Below are positions 1-12,050 of a stretch of DNA of 64,000 nt, piece after piece. Made by a program: the position numbers and the translations under genes. The notes under the pieces were generated by a model. That model worked only from the letters and a program-made list of their open reading frames with translations. It had not been told where the DNA came from and did not search any database. Where the stretch lies: NCBI RefSeq assembly GCF_009914755.1, contig NC_060935.1; one strand, 5' to 3'. The DNA comes from the human T2T-CHM13v2.0 reference genome, Homo sapiens. Position 1 is the first letter of the stretch. Every line of letters starts with the position of its first letter.

Positions 1-116
1 CAATTCTTAGTGATCATTGGATTGAACTAACAGAGCTGAACATTCCTTTAGATGGCGCAGTTTCCAAACACACTTTCTGTAGAATCTGCAAGTGGATATT
101 TGGACCTCTCTGAGGA

Positions 117-133
117 TTTCGTTGGAAACGGGA
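117..133 (+). promoter_or_regulatory. CENP-B box, canonical (box 1 of each HOR)
   Basis: TTTCGTTGGAAACGGGA matches the 17-bp consensus NTTCGNNNNANNCGGGN. It recurs once per HOR and is mutated in about 18 units. Confidence 0.95.
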
Positions 134-283
134 TAAACTTCCCAGAATTACACGGAAGCATGCTGAGAAACTTCTTTGTGATGTTTGCATTCAACTCACA
201 GAGTTGAACCTTGCTTTCATAGTTCAGCTTTCAAACACTCTTTTTGTAGAATCTGCAAGTGGATATTTGGACCACTTTGTGGC

Positions 284-300
284 CTTCCTTCGAAACGGGT
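284..300 (+). promoter_or_regulatory. Degenerate CENP-B box (box 2 of each HOR), fixed TTCG>TTCC change
   Basis: CTTCCTTCGAAACGGGT lies at the box position. It has C instead of the essential G at position 5 in every unit inspected. Confidence 0.85.
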
Positions 301-454
301 ATATGTTCACATCAAACCTAGACAGAAGCATTCTCAGAATGTTTCCTGTGATGACTGCATTCAACTCACAGAGGTGAACAATCCTGCTGATGGAGCAGTT
401 TTGAAACTCTCTTTCTTTGGATTCTGCAAGTGGATATGTGGACCTCTGTGAAGA

Positions 455-471
455 TTTCGTTGGAAACGGGT
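455..471 (+). promoter_or_regulatory. CENP-B box, canonical (box 3 of each HOR)
   Basis: TTTCGTTGGAAACGGGT has all nine essential bases. It is intact in all but two units seen (19151, 62490). Confidence 0.95.
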
Positions 472-586
472 TCATCTTCACAGAAAAACTAAACAGAAGC
501 ATTCTCAGAAACTGCTTTGTGATGTTTGTGTTCCACTTCAGGAATTGAACTTTCCTCTTGACAGAGCAGCTCTGAAACCCTCTTAT

Positions 587-592
587 TCTAGA
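587..592. other. XbaI site marking the 850-bp HOR periodicity
   Basis: TCTAGA is present once per pentamer in the first A-type monomer. It is lost in a few units (ttctataat near 14187 and 23534) and in all tetramers. An extra site is gained in others (e.g. 767-772). Confidence 0.9.
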
Positions 593-625
593 ATCTGCAA
601 GTGGACATTTGGAGGGCTTTGAGGC

Positions 626-642
626 CTGTGGTGGAAAAGGAA
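626..642 (+). promoter_or_regulatory. pJ-alpha-like box of an A-type monomer
   Basis: CTGTGGTGGAAAAGGAA sits at the position homologous to the CENP-B box and resembles the A-box consensus (CTAyGGTGrAAAAGGAA). Confidence 0.7.
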
Positions 643-795
643 AATCTTCACATAAAAACTAGATGGAAGCATTCTCAGAAACTACTTTGTGATGATTGCA
701 TTCGACTCACAGAGTTGAACATTCCTATAGATAGAGCAGGTTGTAAACAATCTTTTTCTAGAATCTGCGATTGGAGATTTGGACTGCTTTGAGGC

Positions 796-812
796 CTACT
801 GTAGTAAAGGAA
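796..812 (+). promoter_or_regulatory. Diverged A-type box of the fifth monomer
   Basis: CTACTGTAGTAAAGGAA at the homologous position; no CENP-B consensus. Confidence 0.55.
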
Positions 813-3800
813 ATAACTTCATCTAAAAACCAAACGGAAGCATTCACAGACAATTCTTAGTGATCATTGGATTGAACTAACAGAGCTGAACATTCCTTTA
901 CATGGCGCAGTTTCCAAACACACTTTCTGTAGAATCTGCAAGTGGATATTTGGACCTCTCTGAGGATTTCGTTGGAAACGGGATAAACTTCCCAGAACTA
1001 CACGGAAGCATTGTGAGAAACTTCTTTGTGATGTTTGCATTCAACTCACAGAGTTGAACCTTGCTTTCATAGTTCAGCTTTCAAACCCTCTTTTTGTAGA
1101 ATCTGCAAGTGGATATTTGGACCACTTTGTGGCCTTCCTTCGAAACGGATATATCTTCACATCAAACCTAGACAGAAGCATTCTCAGAATGTTTCCTGTC
1201 ATGACTGCATTCAACTCCCTGAGGTGAACAATCCTGCTGATGGAGCAGTTTTGAACCTCTCTTTCTTTGGATTCTGCAAGTGGATATGTGTACCACTGTG
1301 AAGATTTCGTTGGAAACGGGTTCATCTTCACAGAAAAACTAAACAGAAGCATTCTCAGAAACTGCTTTGTGATGTTTGTGTTCCACTTCAGGAATTGAAC
1401 TTTCCTCTTGACAGAGCAGCTCTGAAACCCTCTTTTTCTAGAATCTGCAAGTGGACATTTGGAGGGCTTTGAGGCCTGTGGTGGAAAAGGAAAATCTTCA
1501 CATAAAAACTTTATGGAAGCATTCTCAGAAACTTCTTTGTGATCATTGCATTCGACTCACAGAGTTGAACATTCCTATAGATAGAGCAGGTTGTAAACAA
1601 TCTTTTTGTAGAATCTGCGATTGGAGATTTGGACTGCTTTCAGGCCTACTGTAGTAAAGGAAATAACTTCATCTAAAAACCAAACGGAAGCATTCACAGA
1701 CAATTCTCAGTGATCATTGGATTGAACTAACAGAGCTGAACATTCCTTTAGATGGAGCAGTTTCCAAACAAACTTTCTGTAGAATCTGCAAGTGGATATT
1801 TGGACTTCTCTGAGAATTTCGTTGGAAAAGGGATAAACTTCCAGAACTACACGGAAGCATTGTGAGAAACTTCTTTGTGATGTTTGCATTCAACTCACAG
1901 AGTTGAACCTTGCTTTCATAGTTCAGCTTTCAAACACTCTTTTTGTAGAATCTGCAAGTGGATATTTGGACCACTTTGTGGCCTTCCTTCGAAACGGGTA
2001 TATCTTCACATCAAACCTAGACAGAAGCATTCTCAGAATGTTTCCTGTGATGACTGCATTCAACTCACAGAGGTGAACAATCCTGCTGATGGAGCAGTTT
2101 TGAAACTCTCTTTCTTTGGATTCTGCATGTGGATATGTTGACCTCTGTGAAGATTTCGTTGGAAACGGGTTCATCTTCACAGAAAAACTAAACAGGAGCA
2201 TTCTCAGAAACTGCTTTGTGATGTTTGTGTTCCACTTCAAGAATTGAACTTTCCTCTTGACAGAGCAGCTCTGAAACCCTCTTTTTCTAGAATCTGCAAG
2301 TGGACATTTGGAAGGATTTGAGGCCTGTGGTGGAAAAGGAAAATCTTCACATAAAAACTAGATGGAAGCATTCTCAGAAACTACTTTGTGATGATTGCAT
2401 TCGACTCACAGAGTTGAACATTCCTATAGATAGAGCAGGTTGTAAACAATCCTTTTGTAGAATCTGCGATTGGAGATTTGGACTGCTTTGAGGCCTACTG
2501 TAGTAAAGGAAATAACTTCATCTAAAAACCAAACGGAAGCATTTACAGACAATTCTTAGTGATCATTGCATTGAACTAACAGAGCTGAACATTCCTTTAG
2601 ATGGAGCAGTTTCCAAACCCACTTTCTGTAGAATCTGCAAGTGGATATTTGGACTTCTCTGAGGATTTCGTTGGAAACGGGATAAACTTCCCAGAACTAC
2701 AGGGAAGCATTGTGAGAAACTTCTTTGGGATGTTTGCATTCAACTCACAGAGTTGAACCTTGCTTTCATAGTTCAGCTTTCAAACACTCTTTTTGTAGAA
2801 TCTGCAAGTGGATATTTGGACCACTTTGTGGCCTTCCTTCGAAACGGGTATATCTTCCCATCAAACCTAGACAGAAGCATTCTCAGAATGTTTCCTGTGA
2901 TGACTGCATTCAACTCACAGAGGTGAACAATCCTGTTGATGGAGCACTTTTGAAACTCTCTTTCTTTGGATTCTGCAAGTTGATATGTGGACCTCTGTGA
3001 AGATTTCGTTGGAAACGGGTTCATCTTCACAGAAAAACTAAACAGAAGCATTCTCAGAAACTACTTTGTGATGTTTGTGTTCCACTTCAAGAATTGAACT
3101 TTCCTCTTGACAGAGCAGCTCTGAAACCCTCTTTTTCTAGAATCTGCAAGTGGACATTTGGAGGGCTTTGAGGCCTGTGGTGGAAAAGGAAAATCTTCAC
3201 ATAAAAACTAGATGGAAGCATTCTCAGAAACTACTTTGTGATGACTGCATTCGTCTCACAGAGTTGAACATTCCTATAGATAGAGCAGGTTGTAAACAAT
3301 CTTTTTGTAGAATCTGCGATTGGAGATTTGGACTGCTTGGAGGCCTACTGTAGTAAAGGAAATAACTTCATCTAAAAACCAAACGGAAGCATTCACAGAC
3401 AATTCTTAGTGATCATTGCATTGAACTAACAGAGCTGAACATTCCTTTAGATGGAGCAGTTTCCAAACACACTTTCTGTAGAACCTGCAAGTGGATATTT
3501 GGACCTCTCTGAGGATTTCGTTGGAAACGGGATAAACTTCCCAGAACTACACGGAAGCATTGTGAGAAAGTTCTTTGTGATGTTTGCATTCAACTCACAG
3601 AGTTGAACCTTGCTTTCATAGTTCAGCTTTCAAACACTCTTTTTGTAGAATCTGCAAGTGGATATTTGGACCACTTTGTGGCCTTCCTTCGAAACGGGTA
3701 TATCTTCACATCAAACCTAGACAGAAGCATTCTCAGAATGTTTCCTGTGATGACTGCATTCAACTCACAGAGGTGAACAATCCTGCTGATGGAGCAGTTT

Positions 3801-6399
3801 TGAAACTCTCTTTCTTTGGATTCTGCAAGTGGATATGTGGACCTCTGCGAAGATTTCGTTGGAAACGGGTTCATCTTCACAGAAAAACTAAACAGAAACA
3901 TTCTCACAAACTGCTTTGTGATGTTTGTGTTCCACTTCAGGAATTGAACTTTCCTCTTCACAGAGCAGCTCTGAAACCCTCTTATTCTAGAATCTGCAAG
4001 TGGACATTTGGAGGGCTTTGAGGCCTGTGGTGGAAAAGGAAAATCTTCACATAAAAACTAGATGGAAGCATTCTCAGAAACTACTTTGTGATGATGGCTT
4101 TCGACTCACAGAGTTGAACATTCCTATAGATAGAGCAGGTTGTAAACAATCTTTTTGTAGAATCTGCGATTGGAGATTTGGACTGCTTTGAGGCCTACTG
4201 TAGTAAAGGAAATAACTTCATCTAAAAACCAAACGGAAGCATTCACAGACAATTCTTAGTGATCATTGGATTGAACTAACAGAGCTGAACATTCCTTTAG
4301 ATGGCGCAGTTTCCAAACACACTTTCTGTAGAATCTGCAAGTGGATATTTGGACCTCTCTGAGGATTTCGTTGGAAACGGGATAAACTTCCCAGAATTAC
4401 ACGGAAGCATGCTGAGAAACTTCTTTGTGATGTTTGCATTCAACTCACAGAGTTGAACCTTGCTTTCATAGTTCAGCTTTCAAACACTCTTTTTGTAGAA
4501 TCTGCAAGTGGATATTTGGACCACTTTGTGGCCTTCCTTCGAAACGGGTATATGTTCACATCAAACCTAGACAGAAGCATTCTCAGAATGTTTCCTGTGA
4601 TGACTGCATTCAACTCACAGAGGTGAACAATCCTGCTGATGGAGCAGTTTTGAAACTCTCTTTCTTTGGATTCTGCAAGTGGATATGTGGACCTCTGTGA
4701 AGATTTCGTTGGAAACGGGTTCATCTTCACAGAAAAACTAAACAGAAGCATTCTCAGAAACTGCTTTGTGATGTTTGTGTTCCACTTCAGGAATTGAACT
4801 TTCCTCTTGACAGAGCAGCTCTGAAACCCTCTTATTCTAGAATCTGCAAGTGGACATTTGGAGGGCTTTGAGGCCTGTGGTGGAAAAGGAAAATCTTCAC
4901 ATAAAAACTAGATGGAAGCATTCTCAGAAACTACTTTGTGATGATTGCATTCGACTCACAGAGTTGAACATTCCTATAGATAGAGCAGGTTGTAAACAAT
5001 CTTTTTCTAGAATCTGCGATTGGAGATTTGGACTGCTTTGAGGCCTACTGTAGTAAAGGAAATAACTTCATCTAAAAACCAAACGGAAGCATTCACAGAC
5101 AATTCTTAGTGATCATTGCATTGAACTAACAGAGCTGAACATTCCTTTACATGGCGCAGTTTCCAAACACACTTTCTGTAGAATCTGCAAGTGGATATTT
5201 GGACCTCTCTGAGGATTTCGTTGGAAACGGGATAAACTTCCCAGAACTACACGGAAGCATTGTGAGAAACTTCTTTGTGATGTTTGCATTCAACTCACAG
5301 AGTTGAACCTTGCTTTCATAGTTCAGCTTTCAAACCCTCTTTTTGTAGAATCTGCAAGTGGATATTTGGACCACTTTGTGGCCTTCCTTCGAAACGGATA
5401 TATCTTCACATCAAACCTAGACAGAAGCATTCTCAGAATGTTTCCTGTCATGACTGCATTCAACTCCCTGAGGTGAACAATCCTGCTGATGGAGCAGTTT
5501 TGAACCTCTCTTTCTTTGGATTCTGCAAGTGGATATGTGTACCACTGTGAAGATTTCGTTGGAAACGGGTTCATCTTCACAGAAAAACTAAACAGAAGCA
5601 TTCTCAGAAACTGCTTTGTGATGTTTGTGTTCCACTTCAGGAATTGAACTTTCCTCTTGACAGAGCAGCTCTGAAACCCTCTTTTTCTAGAATCTGCAAG
5701 TGGACATTTGGAGGGCTTTGAGGCCTGTGGTGGAAAAGGAAAATCTTCACATAAAAACTTTATGGAAGCATTCTCAGAAACTTCGTTGTGATCATTGCAT
5801 TCGACTCACAGAGTTGAACATTCCTATAGATAGAGCAGGTTGTAAACAATCTTTTTGTAGAATCTGCGATTGGAGATTTGGACTGCTTTCAGGCCTACTG
5901 TAGTAAAGGAAATAACTTCATCTAAAAACCAAACGGAAGCATTCACAGACAATTCTTAGTGATCATTGGATTGAACTAACAGAGCTGAACATTCCTTTAG
6001 ATGGAGCAGTTTCCAAACACACTTTCTGTAGAATCTGCAAGTGGATATTTGGACTTCTCTGAGGATTTCGTTGGAAACGGATATAAACTTCCCAGAACTA
6101 CACGGAAGCATTGTGAGAAACTTCTTTGTGATGTTTGCATTCAACTCACAGAGTTGAACCTTGCTTTCATAGTTCAGCTTTCAAACACTCTTTTTGTAGA
6201 ATCTGCAAGTGGATATTTGGACCACATTGTGGCCTTCCTTCGAAACGGGTATATCTTCCCATCAAACCTAGACAGAAGCATTCTCAGAATGTTTCCTGTG
6301 ATGACTGCATTCAACTCACAGAGGTGAACAATCCTGTTGATGGAGCACTTTTGAAACTCTCTTTCTTTGGATTCTGCAAGTAGATATGTGGACCTCTGT

Positions 6400-9300
6400 G
6401 AAGATTTCGTTGGAAACGGGTTCATCTTCACAGAAAAACTAAACAGAAGCATTCTCAGAAACTACTTTGTGATGTTTGTGTTCCACTTCAAGAATTGAAC
6501 TTTCCTCTTGACAGAGCAGCTCTGAAACCCTCTTTTTCTAGAATCTGCAAGTGGACATTTGGAGGGCTTTGAGGCCTGTGGTGGAAAAGGAAAATCTTCA
6601 CATAAAAACTAGATGGAAGCATTCTCAGAAACTACTTTGTGATGATTGCATTCGACTCACAGAGTTGAACATTCCTATAGATAGAGCAGGTTGTAAACAA
6701 TCTTTTTGTAGAATCTGCGATTGGAGATTTGGACTGCTTTGAGGCCTACTGTAGTAATGGAAATTACTTCATCTAAAAACCAAACGGAAGCATTCACAGA
6801 CAATTCTTAGTGATCATTGCATTGAACTAACAGAGCTGAACATTCCTTTAGATGGAGCAGTTTCCAAACACACTTTCTGTAGAACCTGCAAGTGGATATT
6901 TGGACCTCTCTGAGGATTTCGTTGGAAACGGGATAAACTTCCCAGAACTACACGGAAGCATTCTGAGAAACTTCTTTGTGATGTTTGCATTCAACTCACA
7001 GAGTTGAACCTTGCTTTCATAGTTCAGCTTTCAAACCCTCTTTTTGTAGAATCTGCAAGTGGATATTTGGACCACTTTGTGGCCTTCCTTCGAAACGGGT
7101 ATATCTTCACATCAAACCTAGACAGAAGCATTCTCAGAATGTTTCCTGTGATGACTGCATTCAACTCACAGAGGTGAACAATCCTGCTGATGGAGGAGTT
7201 TTGAAACTCTCTTTCTTTGGATTCTGCAAGTGGATATGTGGACCTCTGTGAAGATTTCGTTGGAAACGGGTTCATCTTCACAGAAAAACTAAACAGAAGC
7301 ATTCTCAGAAACTGCTTTGTGATGTTTGTGTTCCACTTCAGGAATTGAACTTTCCTCTTGACAGAGCAGCTCTGAAACCCTCTTATTCTAGAATCTGCAA
7401 GTGGACATTTGGAGGGCTTTGAGGCCTGTGGTGGAAAAGGAAAATCTTCACATAAAAACTAGATGGAAGCATTCTCAGAAACTACTTTGTGATGATTGCA
7501 TTCGACTCACAGAGTTGAACATTCCTATTGATAGAGCAGGTTGTAAACAATCTTTTTCTAGAATCTGCTATTGGAGATTTGGACTGCTTTGAGGCCTACT
7601 GTAGTAAAGGAAATAACTTCATCTAAAAACCAAACGGAAGCATTCACAGACAATTCTCAGTGATCATTGGATTGAACTAACAGAGCTGAACATTCCTTTA
7701 GATGGAGCAGTTTCCAAACAAACTTTCTGTAGAATCTGCAAGTGGATATTTGGACTTCTCTGAGAAATTCGTTGGAAAAGGGATAAACTTCCAGAACTAC
7801 ACGGAAGCATTGTGAGAAACTTCTTTGTGATGTTTGCATTCAACTCACAGAGTTGAACCTTGCTTTCATAGTTCAGCTTTCAAACACTCTTTTTGTAGAA
7901 TCTGCAAGTGGATATTTGGACCACTTTGTGGCCTTCCTTCGAAACGGGTATATCTTCACATCAAACCTAGACAGAAGCATTCTCAGAATGTTTCCTGTGA
8001 TGACTGCATTCAACTCACAGAGGTGAACAATCCTGCTGATGGAGCAGTTTTGAAACTCTCTTTCTTTGGATTCTGCATGTGGATATGTTGACCTCTGTGA
8101 AGATTTCGTTGGAAACGGGTTCATCTTCACAGAAAAACTAAACAGGAGCATTCTCAGAAACTGCTTTGTGATGTTTGTGTTCCACTTCAAGAATTGAACT
8201 TTCCTCTTGACAGAGCAGCTCTGAAACCCTCTTTTTCTAGAATCTGCAAGTGGACATTTGGAAGGATTTGAGGCCTGTGGTGGAAAAGGAAAATCTTCAC
8301 ATAAAAACTAGATGGAAGCATTCTCAGAAACTACTTTGTGATGATTGCATTCGACTCACAGAGTTGAACATTCCTATAGATAGAGCAGGTTGTAAACAAT
8401 CCTTTTGTAGAATCTGCGATTGGAGATTTGGACTGCTTTGAGGCCTACTGTAGTAAAGGAAATAACTTCATCTAAAAACCAAACGGAAGCATTTACAGAC
8501 AATTCTTAGTGATCATTGCATTGAACTAACAGAGCTGAACATTCCTTTAGATGGAGCAGTTTCCAAACCCACTTTCTGTAGAATCTGCAAGTGGATATTT
8601 GGACTTCTCTGAGGATTTCGTTGGAAACGGGATAAACTTCCCAGAACTACAGGGAAGCATTGTGAGAAACTTCTTTGTGATGTTTGCATTCAACTCACAG
8701 AGTTGAACCTTGCTTTCATAGTTCAGCTTTCAAACACTCTTTTTGTAGAATCTGCAAGTGGATATTTGGACCACTTTGTGGCCTTCCTTCGAAACGGGTA
8801 TATCTTCCCATCAAACCTAGACAGAAGCATTCTCAGAATGTTTCCTGTGATGACTGCATTCAACTCACAGAGGTGAACAATCCTGTTGATGGAGCACTTT
8901 TGAAACTCTCTTTCTTTGGATTCTGCAAGTTGATATGTGGACCTCTGTGAAGATTTCGTTGGAAACGGGTTCATCTTCACAGAAAAACTAAACAGAAGCA
9001 TTCTCAGAAACTACTTTGTGATGTTTGTGTTCCACTTCAAGAATTGAACTTTCCTCTTGACAGAGCAGCTCTGAAACCCTCTTTTTCTAGAATCTGCAAG
9101 TGGACATTTGGAGGGCTTTGAGGCCTGTGGTGGAAAAGGAAAATCTTCACATAAAAACTAGATGGAAGCATTCTCAGAAACTACTTTGTGATGATTGCAT
9201 TCGACTCACAGAGTTGAACATTCCTATAGATAGAGCAGGTTGTAAACAATCTTTTTGTAGAATCTGCGATTGGAGATTTGGACTGCTTTGAGGCCTACTG

Positions 9301-12050
9301 TAGTAATGGAAATTACTTCATCTAAAAACCAAACGGAAGCATTCACAGACAATTCTTAGTGATCATTGCATTGAACTAACAGAGCTGAACATTCCTTTAG
9401 ATGGAGCAGTTTCCAAACACACTTTCTGTAGAACCTGCAAGTGGATATTTGGACCTCTCTGAGGATTTCGTTGGAAAAGGGATAAACTTCCCAGAACTAC
9501 ACGGAAGCATTCTGAGAAACTTCTTTGTGATGTTTGCATTCAACTCACAGAGTTGAACCTTGCTTTCATAGTTCAGCTTTCAAACCCTCTTTTTGTAGAA
9601 TCTGCAAGTGGATATTTGGACCACTTTGTGGCCTTCCTTCGAAACGGGTATATCTTCACATCAAACCTAGACAGAAGCATTCTCAGAATGTTTCCTGTGA
9701 TGACTGCATTCAACTCACAGAGGTGAACAATCCTGCTGATGGAGGAGTTTTGAAACTCTCTTTCTTTGGATTCTGCAAGTGGATATGTGGACCTCTGTGA
9801 AGATTTCGTTGGAAACGGGTTCATCTTCACAGAAAAACTAAACAGAAGCATTCTCAGAAACTGCTTTGTGATGTTTGTGTTCCACTTCAGGAATTGAACT
9901 TTCCTCTTGACAGAGCAGCTCTGAAACCCTCTTATTCTAGAATCTGCAAGTGGACATTTGGAGGGCTTTGAGGCCTGTGGTGGAAAAGGAAAATCTTCAC
10001 ATAAAAACTAGATGGAAGCATTCTCAGAAACTACTTTGTGATGATTGCATTCGACTCACAGAGTTGAACATTCCTATAGATAGAGCAGGTTGTAAACAAT
10101 CTTTTTCTAGAATCTGCTATTGGAGATTTGGACTGCTTTGAGGCCTACTGTAGTAAAGGAAATAACTTCATCTAAAAACCAAACGGAAGCATTCACAGAC
10201 AATTCTCAGTGATCATTGGATTGAACTAACAGAGCTGAACATTCCTTTAGATGGAGCAGTTTCCAAACAAACTTTCTGTAGAATCTGCAAGTGGATATTT
10301 GGACTTCTCTGAGAATTTCGTTGGAAAAGGGATAAACTTCCAGAACTACACGGAAGCATTGTGAGAAACTTCTTTGTGATGTTTGCATTCAACTCACAGA
10401 GTTGAACCTTGCTTTCATAGTTCAGCTTTCAAACACTCTTTTTGTAGAATCTGCAAGTGGATATTTGGACCACTTTGTGGCCTTCCTTCGAAACGGGTAT
10501 ATCTTCACATCAAACCTAGACAGAAGCATTCTCAGAATGTTTCCTGTGATGACTGCATTCAACTCACAGAGGTGAACAATCCTGCTGATGGAGCAGTTTT
10601 GAAACTCTCTTTCTTTGGATTCTGCATGTGGATATGTTGACCTCTGTGAAGATTTCGTTGGAAACGGGTTCATCTTCACAGAAAAACTAAACAGGAGCAT
10701 TCTCAGAAACTGCTTTGTGATGTTTGTGTTCCACTTCAAGAATTGAACTTTCCTCTTGACAGAGCAGCTCTGAAACCCTCTTTTTCTAGAATCTGCAAGT
10801 GGACATTTGGAAGGATTTGAGGCCTGTGGTGGAAAAGGAAAATCTTCACATAAAAACTAGATGGAAGCATTCTCAGAAACTACTTTGTGATGATTGCATT
10901 CGACTCACAGAGTTGAACATTCCTATAGATAGAGCAGGTTGTAAACAATCCTTTTGTAGAATCTGCGATTGGAGATTTGGACTGCTTTGAGGCCTACTGT
11001 AGTAAAGGAAATAACTTCATCTAAAAACCAAACGGAAGCATTTACAGACAATTCTTAGTGATCATTGGATTGAACTAACAGAGCTGAACATTCCTTTAGA
11101 TGGAGCAGTTTCCAAACCCACTTTCTGTAGAATCTGCAAGTGGATATTTGGACTTCTCTGAGGATTTCGTTGGAAACGGGATAAACTTCCCAGAACTACA
11201 GGGAAGCATTGTGAGAAACTTCTTTGTGATGTTTGCATTCAACTCACAGAGTTGAACCTTGCTTTCATAGTTCAGCTTTCAAACACTCTTTTTGTAGAAT
11301 CTGCAAGTGGATATTTGGACCACTTTGTGGCCTTCCTTCGAAACGGGTATATCTTCCCATCAAACCTAGACAGAAGCATTCTCAGAATGTTTCCTGTGAT
11401 GACTGCATTCAACTCACAGAGGTGAACAATCCTGTTGATGGAGCACTTTTGAAACTCTCTTTCTTTAGATTCTGCAAGTTGATATGTGGACCTCTGTGAA
11501 GATTTCGTTGGAAACGGGTTCATCTTCACAGAAAAACTAAACAGAAGCATTCTCAGAAACTACTTTGTGATGTTTGTGTTCCACTTCAAGAATTGAACTT
11601 TCCTCTTGACAGAGCAGCTCTGAAACCCTCTTTTTCTAGAATCTGCAAGTGGACATTTGGAGGGCTTTGAGGCCTGTGGTGGAAAAGGAAAATCTTCACA
11701 TAAAAACTAGATGGAAGCATTCTCAGAAACTACTTTGTGATGATTGCATTCGACTCACAGAGTTGAACATTCCTATAGATAGAGCAGGTTGTAAACAATC
11801 TTTTTGTAGAATCTGCGATTGGAGATTTGGACTGCTTTGAGGCCTACTGTAGTAATGGAAATTACTTCATCTAAAAACCAAACGGAAGCATTCACAGACA
11901 ATTCTTAGTGATCATTGCATTGAACTAACAGAGCTGAACATTCCTTTAGATGGAGCAGTTTCCAAACACACTTTCTGTAGAACCTGCAAGTGGATATTTG
12001 GACCTCTCTGAGGATTTCGTTGGAAACGGGATAAACTTCCCAGAACTACA
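6400..12050 (+). repeat. Tandem super-repeat of 3 HORs, period 2549 bp (~2.2 copies)
   Basis: Unit haplotypes at 6985/7834/8684 repeat at 9534/10383/11233. The marker gtaatggaaattac is seen near 6755, 9304 and 11853. Boundaries approximate. Confidence 0.85.

Larger units (their letters stand above)
1..850 (+). repeat. Representative 5-monomer HOR unit (phase arbitrary)
   Basis: Box-position motifs start at 117, 284, 455, 626, 796 and then 967. Spacings 167+171+171+170+171 = 850. Three consecutive B-type monomers are followed by two A-type monomers. Confidence 0.95.

Noticed and set aside
289-294. TTCGAA palindrome and other short dyads as hairpin or regulatory elements
   Set aside because: Six-base palindromes are expected by chance and are repeated only because the unit is repeated; there is no independent support for function.
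1-850. Assignment to other SF3 arrays (DXZ1 12-mer, D17Z1 16-mer, D1Z5 11-mer)
   Set aside because: Those have longer HOR periods with diverged internal pentamers. Here adjacent 850-bp units are nearly identical, which fits a pure 5-mer.
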